Below are positions 62,964 to 64,000 of a stretch of 64,000 nucleotides of DNA, piece by piece; positions within the stretch are counted from its first letter, which is position 1; the number at the start of each line of letters is the position of its first letter. Position numbers and translations under genes: made by a program. Source of the DNA: Octopus sinensis (Eukaryota). The notes under the pieces are model-generated. The model made no database searches, had not been told where the DNA came from, and saw only the letters and a program-made list of their open reading frames with translations. The DNA lies in assembly GCF_006345805.1 (NCBI RefSeq), contig NW_021833665.1, positions 19,884 to 83,883 on the forward strand, read 5' to 3'.

Positions 62964-64000
62964 CAGGTATATATTGACAGATATATGTATATACATATAG
63001 ATATTTAAACATATAAGGGATGGCCATAATGGGACATCCGACTCACTAGAGAGGGCAGTTGAACTCCAAAAATCGTAAAAGTCTGTCATGTCTGAATAAT
63101 ATATTCGAAAGTTACTTCCTCTTGCTCATTATAATTTATTAAAAGTAATATAATTGTATGTAAGGAAAGTAACTCTGGAAGATGTTATCTAGTTATCTCC
63201 CTTCCGAGAGTTAATTTCTTGCATATTTTTTTATTGTTAAATTATAATATTGAAGGGGAGTAACTGTAGAAGATACTTTGTAGTTATCTCCCTTAAGTAT
63301 GTAGTTATCGTAATATACACTTTGTCGCTCTTAGACTCTCAGTTATTTCACTGTGACCATGGTGGAGCACTGCCTTTAGTGAAGCAAATCAACCCCAGGA
63401 ATTATTCCTTGTATGCCTATTACTTAATGTATAGGTCTCTTTTGCAGAACCGATAAGTTACGGGGACGTAATGTTCGATGTTCTGATTTAGTAGGTATTT
63501 ATTTACTGTAATAATTTCAATTATCATAAATTAAGGGGTAGGAAAAATACTAGAAACTTTTTTGATAGACCTATTGGGGCTCCTTGTGTGTGTGGGACTG
63601 ATTTTATTTATGTGAGTGTGGGTATTTTCATTTCAGTGTGTGTGAGAGTGTTTTTATTTCTGTGTGCGTGAGTGTGTGAGCGACTGAGTGTTTCTATTTG
63701 TTTGTGTGTGCGAGTGTGTGAGCGACTGAGTGTTTCTATTTGTTTGTGTGTGTGCGACACTTACAAATGCAGCAAGCACTTTGACCATTTCTAAGATACC
63801 CACATTTGAGATCACTAACTACTAAATCAAAATAAGTTCAATTTATTGCACCTTTAGTGACTTGAGATGTTGCTCATATTTTTCCCATGTGTCGACAATG
63901 TATTAAGTTCACAAGTGGATAAAAGAAATTCTCATGCTCGCGTGGAGGGGGCTGATATTCTAACTGCGAGTTCAAAGCACCCAATGCCACTTTACATTCT

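Larger units (their letters stand above)
34300..64000. repeat. Mosaic of locally duplicated composite blocks (CORE-like SINE + foldback motif + family-B SINE fragment + GT-rich tract)
   Basis: Block ...GACGTAATGTTCGAT...GCTA(G/T)GAAA...GAAACTTTTTTGA recurs 7 times (~36573, 48361, 49187, 49613, 52581, 61081, 63319). 47085-48720 matches 62153-63660; 52940-53235 matches 63720-64000; 51215-51680 matches 61750-62200; 49950-50480 matches 53620-54200. Confidence 0.9.

Noticed and set aside
29990-63089. Numerous YIYIYI / CVCVCV / THTHTH ORFs
   Set aside because: Translations of (TA)n, (TG)n and (CA)n microsatellites.

Overview
Eukaryotic, repeat-dominated, gene-poor window. It is most likely from an octopus-like cephalopod (inference from the tRNA-SINE types, RTE LINEs with (ATG)n tails and dense (TA)n/(CA)n microsatellites; not database-confirmed). 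Layout: (1) 1-12556, a TGACG-TTAAA satellite with ~2-kb higher-order structure, ending at what looks like the IR/DR-type terminal repeat of a Tc1/mariner element; (2) 15869-16114, the only clearly protein-like host exon, a terminal SH3 exon of Tuba/DNMBP type; (3) ~19.2-24.0 kb, a convergent minus-strand multi-exon gene with good splice signals and a promoter-like 5' end but many stops and frameshifts; (4) 24-47 kb, a patchwork of retroelements (RTE, Tx1, Penelope-like, a gag/ORF1 relic, a Gypsy nested in an RTE, a full-length fossil Tc1), including a hammerhead-like motif at 37610-37661; (5) 34-64 kb, a mosaic of locally duplicated SINE/foldback blocks, a CR1/L2-type LINE, and a 3.9-kb cassette of two minisatellites bracketed by degenerate TTAGGG tracts. 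No rRNA, true tRNA gene or CRISPR array was seen. All alignments and counts were done by eye, so boundaries marked ~ are approximate.
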